Shown: piece by piece, positions 25,197 to 35,104 of the stretch | Layout of the letters: every line of letters starts with the position of its first letter | How positions within the stretch are numbered: position 1 is the first letter of the stretch | From: Oscillospiraceae bacterium | GTDB taxonomy: Bacteria > Bacillota > Clostridia > Oscillospirales > Ruminococcaceae | Reading direction: 5' to 3' | DNA length: 64,000 nt | NCBI GenBank assembly: GCA_022791945.1 | Contig: JAAVZY010000021.1 | Location: 3,295 to 67,294 of the forward strand | Program-made: the position numbers and the translations under genes | The notes under the pieces: model-generated | What the model was told of the DNA's origin: nothing | What the model saw: the letters and a program-made list of their open reading frames with translations, nothing else | The model's database searches: none

Positions 25197-27476
25197 TTAA
25201 ATATCATCAAAGTTGAATTCCTCCAGATCGCTCAGCAGCGCCTGCTCCGCCTGGGTGGGCTCCTGCATAAGCAGCTCCGCCGCCTGGGCTGGATTCACGC
25301 CCCAGATCTCCCCAAGATTCTCTGCAATGTCGTTCTTTTCACTGGGGGAGAAGTCCGCAAAGGCCCGGCGCAGGAATACCAGCGCCCGCCTGAAAGCGTC
25401 CTCGTCCAGCCCGTCCAGATAGCCGCTCAGCTGCCGCCACAGGGACAGCCGGGCAATCAGGGCGTACCGGTTTTTCCCGGCCAGACCCTCGAACCATCCG
25501 GCCCCCAGATCCGCAGGCACGCCTGGGGAGAGCCTGCGGGAAACCTCCCGGGCCAGCAGCTCCTCGGAAACAGCTCCCCGCTCCAGCAGAATCGCCATAG
25601 CAAAGCCGGAGCATCGGGTGTTCAGATCGTCCCGGTCGGAAACCCCCTCCAGCAGCCGGATCCAGCGATCTTCCTCCAGGAAATCGTGACTGAGCTGGAG
25701 CGCGTTCAGCTGCTCCATGGCCTTGGTCACAGCGGCAGCGGACTTTGTGTCGCAGAGGCAGGCGTCCTCCAGAGTCAGGCAGGCCCGGAGATACAGCTGC
25801 TTCACCAGGGGCACCACCGGCTCCGGATCGAACCGGCGGAGATCCCCGTACCGCACCACCAGGGAAAGCCGCTGGGCGGTTTCCGCCACATCCGCCAGAG
25901 CCGCCGCATCCACAGACAGCCCCTGGAGCACCGAAAGCGCGTGAGCCGCGGCGGCGGGCATCCCGCAGAGGAAGGCGTCCTGGAAAATGGCTGCCGCCTG
26001 GGCGATGGTGGCGCTGGATTCGGCCCGTTCCTTCAAGGCAAAGGCGGCGGCGCCTTCGATGGTGTCCCCCATCAGGGCAGACTCCACCACCTCGATTTCC
26101 ACCTCCGGCGTCCAGCGGAGCTCCCAGTATTCGCCCCAGTTGGCCCCCTCCTGGCGGGAGGGAAGCTGGGAGGCAAAGTGAATATTCAGCACCCGCAGCC
26201 GATGGAGGAAGAAGGAACGCCGCAGATCCCCCAGCGCTGCCTTTTCCGACTGAACGGACAGCTTTTCCCGAAGATCCAGATCCAGCCGCTGAAGCTCGGC
26301 GGTGCGGAACTTCTCCAGCCGCAGCTCCTTCAGCTGACGGTAGAAATCCTCCTGGACGGAGGTGCGGCTGACCCCCTCGGGGAGAAACCCAATCTTCCGG
26401 CTGATCTCCGTCTCCGCCGCAGCCAGGGCCAGCTCGGAGAAATTTCCGTGGCCCATGGTGGTGACGGAGGCGTCCCGAAGATCCGCTAAGGTGGGATACC
26501 GGCTTCCCCGCATAGAGGCCAGAGTGTGGGCCAGCCGGACTCCCTCAATCACCTCCGCTGAGGAAACCAGGTTCCCGGCCTTCCGGTGGGCGGCGGCCAG
26601 GCGGGTCAGGTAGAGATAGGGCGCGTCTCCCAGATCCCCCCGGTTGAGGGCGTCCCAGAGAAGCTCAAAGTAGGCGGGGGCCTTGTTCCCGGCCCCATAG
26701 CCGGAGCGGGAGGTGAGCCGGTAGTAGGAGTAGGGCATCAGGGTAGCTGTAGAATCCGCCCTGGGAAGAGCGGCCTCCTCACGGTCGGTCATGGGCTGAT
26801 TTTCCTCCAGCCCTGCCACATGGAAGGCGCCGCAGACGCAGAAAATCCGCTCCTCCGGGATGCCGCTGTCCACCGCCTGGCGGATAACCCGCTTCATGTA
26901 GGCTTCCCGGACGATGGTTTCCGCCTGGCGGCGGTCATCCTCCCGGGAGGCTTCCCGGAGCTGCCTTCCGAAGGCGCCGCAGGCGTCCCGGTATTCCGCC
27001 GGCCCTGGGAGCTGCTCAAAGCGCCGCTCCCAGAAGGTGTCATGCTCCTCTCCGGTGAGATCCTCCAGCCGACGGTAGACGCTTTCGGTCGTGCTGGCGC
27101 AGTCCTCCTCCGGAGCAGAGGCATCCTCCGCCGGGGGCGGGGGGCTCTTCGGCTCCAGGGCCAGGAACACGGAGGAGGGGAGATCCATAAACCGGCATTC
27201 CGCCCCATGCTCATGGGCCCAGAGAATGGCCTGGATCTCTGGGGAATAGATGGCAAAGGGATAGAGCAGGGTGCGGACCGGCGGCGTTTTGGTATAGGCC
27301 AGGATGGCGACGGGGAATTGGGCGGCGGGATGGGAGAGCCACTGAAGCTGATCGTTCAGATCGCTGGGCCCCTCCACCAGCACCAGCCTGGGCCTGGCCT
27401 CATCCAGGGCCTGCCGCAGCCGGAAGGCGGCGGCGGGGGAAAGGTGGCGCACCCCGAACAGAATCGGCCCGCCCAT
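25197..27476 (-). CDS. Large conserved hypothetical protein, YehM/DUF5682-like by size and context
   Basis: 759-aa ORF. Its ATG shares one base with the upstream AAA+ stop (TGATG). I recognise no motif; the call rests on gene order only. Confidence 0.6.
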   Translation of the reverse strand: MGGPILFGVRHLSPAAAFRLRQALDEARPRLVLVEGPSDLNDQLQWLSHPAAQFPVAILAYTKTPPVRTLLYPFAIYSPEIQAILWAHEHGAECRFMDLPSSVFLALEPKSPPPPAEDASAPEEDCASTTESVYRRLEDLTGEEHDTFWERRFEQLPGPAEYRDACGAFGRQLREASREDDRRQAETIVREAYMKRVIRQAVDSGIPEERIFCVCGAFHVAGLEENQPMTDREEAALPRADSTATLMPYSYYRLTSRSGYGAGNKAPAYFELLWDALNRGDLGDAPYLYLTRLAAAHRKAGNLVSSAEVIEGVRLAHTLASMRGSRYPTLADLRDASVTTMGHGNFSELALAAAETEISRKIGFLPEGVSRTSVQEDFYRQLKELRLEKFRTAELQRLDLDLREKLSVQSEKAALGDLRRSFFLHRLRVLNIHFASQLPSRQEGANWGEYWELRWTPEVEIEVVESALMGDTIEGAAAFALKERAESSATIAQAAAIFQDAFLCGMPAAAAHALSVLQGLSVDAAALADVAETAQRLSLVVRYGDLRRFDPEPVVPLVKQLYLRACLTLEDACLCDTKSAAAVTKAMEQLNALQLSHDFLEEDRWIRLLEGVSDRDDLNTRCSGFAMAILLERGAVSEELLAREVSRRLSPGVPADLGAGWFEGLAGKNRYALIARLSLWRQLSGYLDGLDEDAFRRALVFLRRAFADFSPSEKNDIAENLGEIWGVNPAQAAELLMQEPTQAEQALLSDLEEFNFDDI

Positions 27477-28567
27477 CAGTCATTCAGCTCCCGGCAGGCC
27501 TTGTAGAGGGGAAGCCAGTGGCTGCCCCGCTTTTTCATCACATTCTCCAGGTATTCCTTCCAGGAAATTTTGTCCTTGTCTTCGTCCTTGACCACAGCGC
27601 CCTGGAGGGCAGCGGCCAGATCCGCGGGCGTGATCCCGCCGTCCCCGAAGCTTCCGGCCAGGGCCATGGAATTGGCCAGCAGGGAGATGGCCTCTGCGGT
27701 GGAAAGCACCCCGGAGGTGGTTTTCAGCTTCTGCTTTCCGTCCAGAGTTGCGCCGGCCCGGAGCTCCCGGAAGATGGTGACCACCCGTTCCACCGTGTCC
27801 TCATCCGGCTGGCGGGCGTTGAGATCCAGCCCTGCGGAGAGTTGGGCCACCCGGGTGCGGACGATTTCCATTTCCGTTTCCATGTCGGAAGGGGTGGGGA
27901 GCACCACAATGTTGAACCGCCGTTTCAGCGCGGCGGACATATCGTTGACCCCTTTATCCCGGGTGTTGGCGGTGGCGATGACCGAGAAGCCCTTCTGGGC
28001 GGGAAGCTCCAGCCCCAGCTCCGGAACGCTGATCCGCTTTTCCGAGAGAAGGGAGATCAGGGCGTCCTGCACCTCGCTGGCACAGCGGGAGATCTCCTCC
28101 ACCCGGGCGATGGAGCCGGTTTCCATGGCCCGGTAGACCGGGCTTTTCACCATGGCCTCCAGGCTGGGGCCCTTGGCGATGAGCATGGCGTAGTTCCAGG
28201 AGTAGCGGATCTGTTCCTCAGTCGTGCCGGCAGTGCCCTGCACGACCTTGGTGGAGTCCCCATTGACCGCTGCGGAAAGGTGCTCGCTGAGCCAGGATTT
28301 GGCAGTGCCCGGCTCCCCGATGAGCAGAAGCGCCCGATCGGTGACAAGAGTGGCGATGGCGATCTCCACCAGCCGCTGGTTTCCCATGTATTTGGGCGTG
28401 ATCTCCACGCCCTTTACCTTCACGTTTCCGGTGAGATAGGTGAGGACGGAGCGGGGAGACATCCGCCACCCGGTGGGGATGCTGTCTTTCTCCGCGCTGA
28501 TCAGCGCCTCCAGCTCTCTCTGATACAGCTCCTCCGCCGGAAGCCTTTGCACGTTTTTCTCAGACAT
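27476..28567 (-). CDS. MoxR/AAA_5-type AAA+ ATPase, YehL-like
   Basis: 363 aa. Walker A GEPGTAKS, a Walker B/sensor region ARVEEISRCASEVQDALISLLSEKRISV and an arginine-finger region KRRF. RBS gaaggag. Confidence 0.85.
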   Translation of the reverse strand: MSEKNVQRLPAEELYQRELEALISAEKDSIPTGWRMSPRSVLTYLTGNVKVKGVEITPKYMGNQRLVEIAIATLVTDRALLLIGEPGTAKSWLSEHLSAAVNGDSTKVVQGTAGTTEEQIRYSWNYAMLIAKGPSLEAMVKSPVYRAMETGSIARVEEISRCASEVQDALISLLSEKRISVPELGLELPAQKGFSVIATANTRDKGVNDMSAALKRRFNIVVLPTPSDMETEMEIVRTRVAQLSAGLDLNARQPDEDTVERVVTIFRELRAGATLDGKQKLKTTSGVLSTAEAISLLANSMALAGSFGDGGITPADLAAALQGAVVKDEDKDKISWKEYLENVMKKRGSHWLPLYKACRELND

Positions 28568-28588
28568 TGGCGTTCACTCCTTCAAAGT

Positions 28589-29253
28589 TATTCAGGCTCT
28601 CTGGGTATCAGGGGAAGACCTCGAGGGCGCCGCCCTCGAGCACCTGCCAAGGGGACGCGTCCCCTTGGATTCCCGTCTTTTTTTTGGGGGGTGGGGACGG
28701 GCGCTTGCGCCCGCCCCCTGCCTCGCTGGTACTTTCTGCCTCGCTGCTGCTCCCTTCGTGGGCGATCGCCCGCCTACCCATTTTTTCGTAAAGAAAAAAT
28801 TCAGCCCTACAGGCGGCGCAGAGGCTGCGACGCAGAAAGTCCCGAGCGTGTTCTGTTACGCTCATGCTTTCTGCAAGGAGCGACGCTGTGCCACGCTCGG
28901 AATCCCCCTGCCATCCGCTTCGCTCCTGGCCCTCCCCCCTTTAACAAGGGGGCAAGGGGTTTGTGCGGCGCAGGACGAGTCCCACACGCAGGAGGGAGCT
29001 TTTTTCTTTACGAAAAAAGCGTACTGCGTGAATCAGACTCTCTCTGTGGCAGAAAGCCGGAAGTCTGTACAGACTTGACCCCACCCCTTTTTCCGCCCTT
29101 AAAAAGCCCTTGAAATAATGGGAATCCAAGGGGAATCCCTTCCCGATGCGCCGCCAGCGGCGCATCTCAGAATTCGGCGAAGCCGAATTCCTAGGTGCGT
29201 CGTTTCACGACGCACCGCAGAGCGCGAGACAGCGTCTCGCGGCCTTGCCCTTC
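28589..29253. repeat. Mosaic multi-hairpin repeat, long copy (665 bp) with extra triple-hairpin cassette, inside an operon
   Basis: ttattcaggctctctgggtatcaggggaagacctcgagggcgccgccctcgag at the left. gatgcgccgccagcggcgcatc + gaattcggcgaagccgaattc + gtgcgtcgtttcacgacgcac + cgcgagacagcgtctcgcggccttgcccttc at the right. Confidence 0.9.
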
Positions 29254-29268
29254 GAGGCCGTCGGAGCC

Positions 29269-31131
29269 TCAATCCTTCTCCCAGGCGTCCAGCTGCCGCT
29301 GAACCTGCTGGGGGGCCCAGCGGGGACGGGAGCTGCTCTGGGCCTTGACGATCTCCTCCAGTGCCCGGAGCTCCGCGGCCTTTTCCGGGCCGGTCAGGGG
29401 CGTTTCGTCCAGCAGGCGGGTGACCGTGTACAGATTCATGGCGCTGTCCCGCTTCACCCGCTTGGAGAGCAGCCCCTTCCACTCTGTCCAGCCGCATTCC
29501 TTTAAAAAGGCCACATCCTGCCAAAGGGAAGCGGAACCGCCATCATGGACAGCCTTGTAAACGCAGGCGCCGATCTTTTGACAGATCCGGGGATCGTCCG
29601 GACGAAGCAGATGCCGGAGAATCCCGGACATATCCGGATTTTCCGTCAGCAGATCGTACCACCGGGGATCCAGGGGCTGGAGGACAGGCCAACAGCGGCT
29701 GTATACAGGGACGTATCTGCTGTAAATCGTATGATAGGAGATTTCGTACCGGCTCCGTTCCCGGTTCCAGAAGACCCGGGACAGGCCCTCCAGGGCGGCC
29801 CGGTTGAAAATCTGCTCGCGGGCGTTGTTCATGAGGGTTTTATGGATCACCAGATAGGAGGAAAACGCCTCAAAAACCTCCTCGGCCGAACGGGTAAGCA
29901 GGGAGGCGACCATCCCGTGAGGGAGATACCGGGCCTGATCCTGATGCCGGCTCCACAGCTCCAGGGCAAGGCCGCACAGAGGCCCCGGCCCGGTCTGGCA
30001 CAGGCTCTCCAGCAGCCAGGCGGGCAGCGTCTCGCCCAGCTTGCTGTGCGGCGCGCCGGAGGCAGACTTCAGCTTCCCCAGGGCGTTCAGATGCCCGTCA
30101 ATCCATCGCCAGCAGTCCAGCATGGCAGGGGAGGATTTCCCTGAGATGGCGGCGTGGCAGCTGTCCAGCAGAGCCAGCGTCTCCTTGGCGGCCTGCCCGT
30201 CTCCGGCCAGAAGCCCCTCCAGCTGGGAGCGGAAGGCGGCAGCGGCCAGATCCGACGCCCAATCCGTCCCGCTGAGAGCCAGGTACTTCACCGAATCGGC
30301 GTTTTTGCCGATCTCCTCCTTCCAGAAGGCGGAAACCGCTTCACCGTCCTGCCTGGCCAGAGCCTCCAGCACGGCCTCCCGGTTTCTGCCCCGCTCGGTC
30401 CTGGAGAGATCCAGCAGAATTCCGTTGTTCTCACTGTCCAGTCCCAGGGCTGTGATCACCGCTGTCCGCACATCCTTCTTGGACTTTGGCAGCAGATCCC
30501 GGAGCCAGGCCCCGGCCCCTTCCCCGGACAGAGCGGCGATCACCTCCACCCGGCGGGCCATCTCCCGCTTTCCCTCCGGATCAAAGCCCTCCCGCAGCAG
30601 GGGAAGGAGAGAGGGCCCCTGCCGCTTCAGGATCTCCACATAGAGATCCGCCAGTTCGGCATAGCTCTCGTCCAGGTGCTCTACCAGGACGGGAAGCACC
30701 CGGTAGTCCCCGAAAAACTCCGGATGCGCCTCCCAGATTTCCCGGATCTGTCCGATCCGGCCGCCGCCGGAGCCGGTAACCGCCTCAAGCAGAGGATGAA
30801 GCTGGATGTAGGAAAGCTCCAGGCAGGCCCCGCATCCTTTGGGGGAAAGGGGCGCCAGCTCCCCGGAGGCGCCGGCGCTGCCCTGGGTGTATGCCACCGC
30901 GTCCACCAGGGCTAGTACATCCAGCAGGAGCAGGGCCCGCTCCTCTGCGGGGGCGGAGAGGAGAGACTGGAGGCTTCCGTCAATTTTGGCAAATACCGGG
31001 CTGGCGGCTGCCAAAGGCCGGAGCCCCTCTGCCGCCCGCTGAAGGCGGAAATCCTCGCTGAGCAGACCGGTGCCCGCGATGGCGGCGGATTCCAGCCGTT
31101 CCTTTACGTCATAAAGAGGTTGCAGATTCAC
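29269..31131 (-). CDS. All-helical 620-aa hypothetical protein of the SWIM/AAA+/vWA operon
   Basis: GTG start 8 nt after agggagg. Leu/Ala-rich repeats suggest a HEAT/ARM-like solenoid. No catalytic motif recognised. Confidence 0.6.
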   Translation of the reverse strand: MNLQPLYDVKERLESAAIAGTGLLSEDFRLQRAAEGLRPLAAASPVFAKIDGSLQSLLSAPAEERALLLLDVLALVDAVAYTQGSAGASGELAPLSPKGCGACLELSYIQLHPLLEAVTGSGGGRIGQIREIWEAHPEFFGDYRVLPVLVEHLDESYAELADLYVEILKRQGPSLLPLLREGFDPEGKREMARRVEVIAALSGEGAGAWLRDLLPKSKKDVRTAVITALGLDSENNGILLDLSRTERGRNREAVLEALARQDGEAVSAFWKEEIGKNADSVKYLALSGTDWASDLAAAAFRSQLEGLLAGDGQAAKETLALLDSCHAAISGKSSPAMLDCWRWIDGHLNALGKLKSASGAPHSKLGETLPAWLLESLCQTGPGPLCGLALELWSRHQDQARYLPHGMVASLLTRSAEEVFEAFSSYLVIHKTLMNNAREQIFNRAALEGLSRVFWNRERSRYEISYHTIYSRYVPVYSRCWPVLQPLDPRWYDLLTENPDMSGILRHLLRPDDPRICQKIGACVYKAVHDGGSASLWQDVAFLKECGWTEWKGLLSKRVKRDSAMNLYTVTRLLDETPLTGPEKAAELRALEEIVKAQSSSRPRWAPQQVQRQLDAWEKD

Positions 31132-31146
31132 TTAAGATACCTCCCT

Positions 31147-32577
31147 TCAGTATTGCAGCCGGAGAATCCGGGACGGAGTAACCAGGCTGTAGGGATGCAG
31201 ACAGAGGGAGCGATCCCGCCCGTCGTAAAACATCAGCCCGAACAGGGCGCTCCCGGCGGGGATTTCCTCCGGCAGGGCGAAGAGACGGCCAACGGAAGCG
31301 TGATCCGGTCCGTCCTCGGGCCGATCCCGCAGAAGGATCCGCCCGCCCTTGGGATCCTCCAGCACCAGCTCCTTCCCCGCTGCTCCAATCTGTCCTACGG
31401 GAACCAGCACGGCCAGAAACTTCGGGGCAAGGGTGTTTTTAATCTGCCCTTTGACCAGCTTTACCGCTGCGGCCAGATCCGGCTGCGCCAAGGCGGCGAG
31501 GGCGGCCAGATCCGGGGAGGACACAGGACGGGAGGAGAATTCCTCCCAGCGGATACGGCGGTTGCCCTCGCCGGGATATATGTACAGAGCGGGGATCTCC
31601 AGCAGATCGAAGCGGCTGTCTTCTCCCTTGACGTACTTCAGGGCCTTGATAGGCCGCAGATTCAGGGTCTGGCTGATCTCGCCGGTGTCCAAATCGATCC
31701 AGAAGCCCCGTTCCGCCAGCTCCTGTTTGGCCTCGTCGCAGGTGACCTCAAAGGAGAGCTGAATCAGCCGGGCGTGCTCCCGGAAGGCTCCCACGGCTCG
31801 GAGATCCTCCAGCTTCCAGATGCCGCCCAGGGATTCAAAGAGGAAGGAATCCTCGGCGGAGAAGTTCCCGGCGTCCAGCTTTTCCTGCAGGAATCCCCGC
31901 GCCCGTTTCAGCGTGGAGCGGAGGGCAATCAGGATTCGGAGGGCCTCTCCGTAGAGCTGATCCGCCTGGGAGGGATCCTTCTGCACAGTGCGGACCGTGA
32001 GGGCGATGCGGGAAAAAGCGGTCTGCGGGCCGGTGAGATAGTAGCCTCCCAGATCCTTTGCCAGCTTATCGAAGGTCTGAGCGGAGCTGCCAGCCAGAGT
32101 CCCCAGGCCGGAGGTGAGCAGATCCTTGACCATCCGCTCCGCCATGTCGAGGCCCTCCAGCTGCCGGGAGAGCTTTTTCTTCTGAGCGGCGGCGTTGGGC
32201 TTTTTAGGTTTGGCAGGGGCGTCGGCCTTAGCGGCTTTAGCGGCCTGCTTGGCACGTTTTTCAGCCAGCTCTGGAGGAATTTCGGCGACTTCAAAGGACT
32301 TTCCGGAGAGCTGTTCAAACATCAGGCCCAGAGCATGCTTGCAGGGAAACTGCCTGCTTGGGCAGGAGCAGCGGCAAACCGGCGCGTCGGGATTGGTCCA
32401 GTCAATGGAGGTGTGGTAGGGATTTTTGCCGCTCCCGGCGCAGTCCGCCCAGTAGAGGGAGTCATCCTGGGTTTTGCGGAGATCGGAGAAGCTGCCCTTC
32501 TTGGAGAGCTTGCGTCCGTTTTCCGCCGCTGCGGCATTGGGAGCCTGAAGGAGGATAAACTGTTCCGTCAGCTGCAT
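31147..32577 (-). CDS. SWIM zinc-finger protein
   Basis: CRCSCPSRQFPCKH matches the SWIM pattern CxCx(n)CxH. A Lys/Ala-rich linker and a ~300-aa C-terminal domain follow. First gene of the operon. Confidence 0.8.
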   Translation of the reverse strand: MQLTEQFILLQAPNAAAAENGRKLSKKGSFSDLRKTQDDSLYWADCAGSGKNPYHTSIDWTNPDAPVCRCSCPSRQFPCKHALGLMFEQLSGKSFEVAEIPPELAEKRAKQAAKAAKADAPAKPKKPNAAAQKKKLSRQLEGLDMAERMVKDLLTSGLGTLAGSSAQTFDKLAKDLGGYYLTGPQTAFSRIALTVRTVQKDPSQADQLYGEALRILIALRSTLKRARGFLQEKLDAGNFSAEDSFLFESLGGIWKLEDLRAVGAFREHARLIQLSFEVTCDEAKQELAERGFWIDLDTGEISQTLNLRPIKALKYVKGEDSRFDLLEIPALYIYPGEGNRRIRWEEFSSRPVSSPDLAALAALAQPDLAAAVKLVKGQIKNTLAPKFLAVLVPVGQIGAAGKELVLEDPKGGRILLRDRPEDGPDHASVGRLFALPEEIPAGSALFGLMFYDGRDRSLCLHPYSLVTPSRILRLQY

Positions 32578-32684
32578 AGGAACGCCTTCTTTCGTAATGG
32601 ATAGGGAAAATATTTGCTACTATCATAGCACGTTTGCCCCGGAAAATCAATTTCCGCAGAGCTAAGAAGTGTCGTATTCACAAG

Positions 32685-33144
32685 GGGGAAGACCTCGAGA
32701 GCTCTGCGCTCGAGCACTCGCCAAGGGGAAGGGATTCCCCTTGGATGGGGGTTATGGGGGTGGGGACGGGCGCTTGCGCCCGTCCTCTTGCCTCGCTGAT
32801 ACTCCCTTCGTGGCCGATCGCCCGCCTACCCATTTTTTTGTAAAGAAAAAATTCATCCCCACGTGCGGCGCAGGGGCTGCGACACAGAAAGGTTCGAGCG
32901 GGTTCTGCTGCGCAGGAACCCTTGTACGGCGCAGGGAGTACCCCGTACCCGGGGGGAAGCTTTTTTCTTTACGAAAAAAGCGTACTGCGTGAATCAGACC
33001 ATCTGCGTGGCAGGGAGAGGCAAGTCTGTACAGACTTGCCCCACCCCTTTTCCGCCCTTAAAAAAAGCCCTTAAAATAATGGGAATCCAAGGGGAATCCT
33101 TTCCCCTTGGCAGGTGCTCGAGGGCAGAGCCCTCGAGGTCTTCC
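32685..33144. repeat. Mosaic multi-hairpin repeat, full copy
   Basis: ggggaagacctcgagagctctgcgctcgag..ccaaggggaagggattccccttgg at the left. ccaaggggaatcctttccccttgg..ctcgagggcagagccctcgaggtcttcc at the right. Confidence 0.9.
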
Positions 33145-33162
33145 TGCTATGCATACAGTTTC

Positions 33163-33205
33163 TAAGAAAAGGAGAACCGCCGCTCAGTCGGACTGGCGGC
33201 GGTTC
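33163..33205 (-). terminator. Rho-independent terminator downstream of fucI
   Basis: 10-bp GC-rich stem gaaccgccgc / gcggcggttc (33174-33183 and 33196-33205), followed on the - strand by TCCTTTTCTT. Confidence 0.6.
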
Positions 33206-33233
33206 TTCGGAAGGGCAGAGCCTGTACTGGTTC

Positions 33234-35018
33234 TCAGCGGTAGAGGGGGCCGTACTGGGCGCAGGCACGGTAATCGGCGTCCTCCAGGCCCTTGGTGCCA
33301 AAGGAGGCCCAGGCGTGAGGACGGTAGATCTTTTCATCAGGCACGTTGTGGAGGGCAACCGGAATCCGGAGCATACTGGCAAGGGTAATCAGGTCGGCGC
33401 CTACATGGCCGTAGACCCAGGCGCCGTGGTTGGCGCCCCAGTTGGCCATGACGGAGTACACATCCTTGAAGGCGCCCTCGCCGGTGAGCCGGGGAACAAA
33501 CCAAGTGGTGGGCCAGGTGGGATCCGTCCGCTGATCCAGAATGGCGTGAACCTCCGGATCCAGCACGGCGGTGCTGCCCTCGGCAATCTGGAGCACCGGG
33601 CCGATGCCGTCCACCAGATTCAGCCGGATCATGGTGACAGGCATTTCCGCCTCGGTCTTAAAGTGGGAGGAGAAACCGCCCCCGCGGAAATACTGGTAGT
33701 TGGCGTGGCACCAGTCGGTGGCCTTGACGCAGGACTGAATGTCCTCGTCGGTCATATCCCACCATTTCTTCATGCAGCCGTTCCCGGCGGCATCCTTGGC
33801 AGCACCGGAACCATCCAAGGCGGAAGCGCCAGAGTTGATCAGGTGCATGAACCCGTTGGCGGCAGTGCCTGTGGGCCGCTTGCCGGCCACCCGCTCCACG
33901 GCCTCCGGGCTCCAGTAGGTGCGCACGTCGGAGAAAACAGCCGCCTGCCCGGTGACCAGCTTGCCCAGCAGCATAGCGGCTCCGTTGCAGTTGTCGTTCT
34001 CTGTGGCAAAGATCAGAGGCTCCCGTTTGCCGCTCCAATCGAAGGTGGAGTTGAGGATCGCTTCGGTGAAGTCCCCGTTGGGAAGCCAGTCGGTCCACAT
34101 CCGCTGGCCCTGGAAGCCGCCCGCAATGGCGTTCCGGCCCAGAGCCTCCTCATGCCAGCCCATCTCACCCAGCTTGGAATTGCCCAGCATCACGTCCCGG
34201 CAGATCAGGGTCATCTTCACGATAAACTCCCAATCCTTTTCCGGAGGAACGACCTTGGATTTGGTGACAATCTCCGCCAGATCCTTCCCGGCATTGCAGT
34301 CGAAGCCCTCGGGGCAGTTGGCCTTTACCCAGGTAAGCGCCCGCTCGTATTCATCGTGATCATAAATCTCCAGCTTCTGGCGGCGGAGGATTTCGGTCAT
34401 GTCTACCCACTCCGCCCGGATGCCCAAGTACTTCTGGAAGAAGTCCGCATCGCAGTAGGAACCGGCAATGCCCATGGCGATGGAGCCGAAGTTTACATAT
34501 GCCTTGCCCCGCATTTGGCCGACAGCGGCAGCGCACCGGGCGAACCGGAGGATTTTTTCCTCTACGTCAGCGGGAATGGAGGTGTCGGTCATGTCCTGCA
34601 CGTCATGACCGTAGATGGAGAAGGCGGGCAGGCCCCGCTGGGCATGGGCGGCCATGACCGCGGCCAGATAGACCGCGCCGGGACGCTCGGTGCCGTTGAA
34701 GCCCCAGACCGCCTTGATGGTCAGGGGATCCAGATCCATTGTCTCGCTGCCGTAGCACCAGCAGGGCGTCACGGAGAGGGTGGCGCACACGTTCTGACCG
34801 GCGAAGAACTCCGCGCAGCGGGCTGCCTCCGCGCCGCCGCCGATGGTGCAGGGGGAGATCACGCACTGGACCGGGGTACCGTCGGTGTAGGTGATCCGGG
34901 ATTCAATCAGGGCCTTGGCAGCGTTGGCCATGCCCATGGTCTGAACCTCCAGCCCCTCCCGGATGCCGCCCCAGCGGCCGTCGATGACCGGACGAATGCC
35001 GATTTTCGGATAGGTCAT
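33234..35018 (-). CDS. fucI: L-fucose isomerase
   Basis: N-terminus [26 protein letters not shown] closely parallels E. coli FucI ([12 protein letters not shown]..). About 594 aa. ATG at 35018, 8 nt after gaaaggaag. Confidence 0.9.
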   Translation of the reverse strand: MTYPKIGIRPVIDGRWGGIREGLEVQTMGMANAAKALIESRITYTDGTPVQCVISPCTIGGGAEAARCAEFFAGQNVCATLSVTPCWCYGSETMDLDPLTIKAVWGFNGTERPGAVYLAAVMAAHAQRGLPAFSIYGHDVQDMTDTSIPADVEEKILRFARCAAAVGQMRGKAYVNFGSIAMGIAGSYCDADFFQKYLGIRAEWVDMTEILRRQKLEIYDHDEYERALTWVKANCPEGFDCNAGKDLAEIVTKSKVVPPEKDWEFIVKMTLICRDVMLGNSKLGEMGWHEEALGRNAIAGGFQGQRMWTDWLPNGDFTEAILNSTFDWSGKREPLIFATENDNCNGAAMLLGKLVTGQAAVFSDVRTYWSPEAVERVAGKRPTGTAANGFMHLINSGASALDGSGAAKDAAGNGCMKKWWDMTDEDIQSCVKATDWCHANYQYFRGGGFSSHFKTEAEMPVTMIRLNLVDGIGPVLQIAEGSTAVLDPEVHAILDQRTDPTWPTTWFVPRLTGEGAFKDVYSVMANWGANHGAWVYGHVGADLITLASMLRIPVALHNVPDEKIYRPHAWASFGTKGLEDADYRACAQYGPLYR

Positions 35019-35104
35019 TTGCAAATCTTCCTTTCTGTATGTAGAATGTCGTTGCGATCTCTGGGTGGTTGAAGGACAAAACCTCCGGACCAGACACTGA
35101 GGAA

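Noticed and set aside
24549-26489. 646-aa + strand ORF (also 26586-27506, 27518-29113, 31120-32604 and 30154-30915) opposite the SWIM/AAA+/vWA operon
   Set aside because: These ORFs are antisense to genes with clear Walker A, MIDAS and SWIM motifs. Their translations are Pro/Gly/Arg/Leu-biased with no recognisable domains. They also run into repeat elements.
33114-35072. 652-aa + strand ORF overlapping fucI, and 35069-35815 overlapping fucA
   Set aside because: The opposite strand encodes near-textbook FucI and class II aldolase sequences. The + strand translations are Gly/Ala/Val/His-rich nonsense that starts inside a repeat element.
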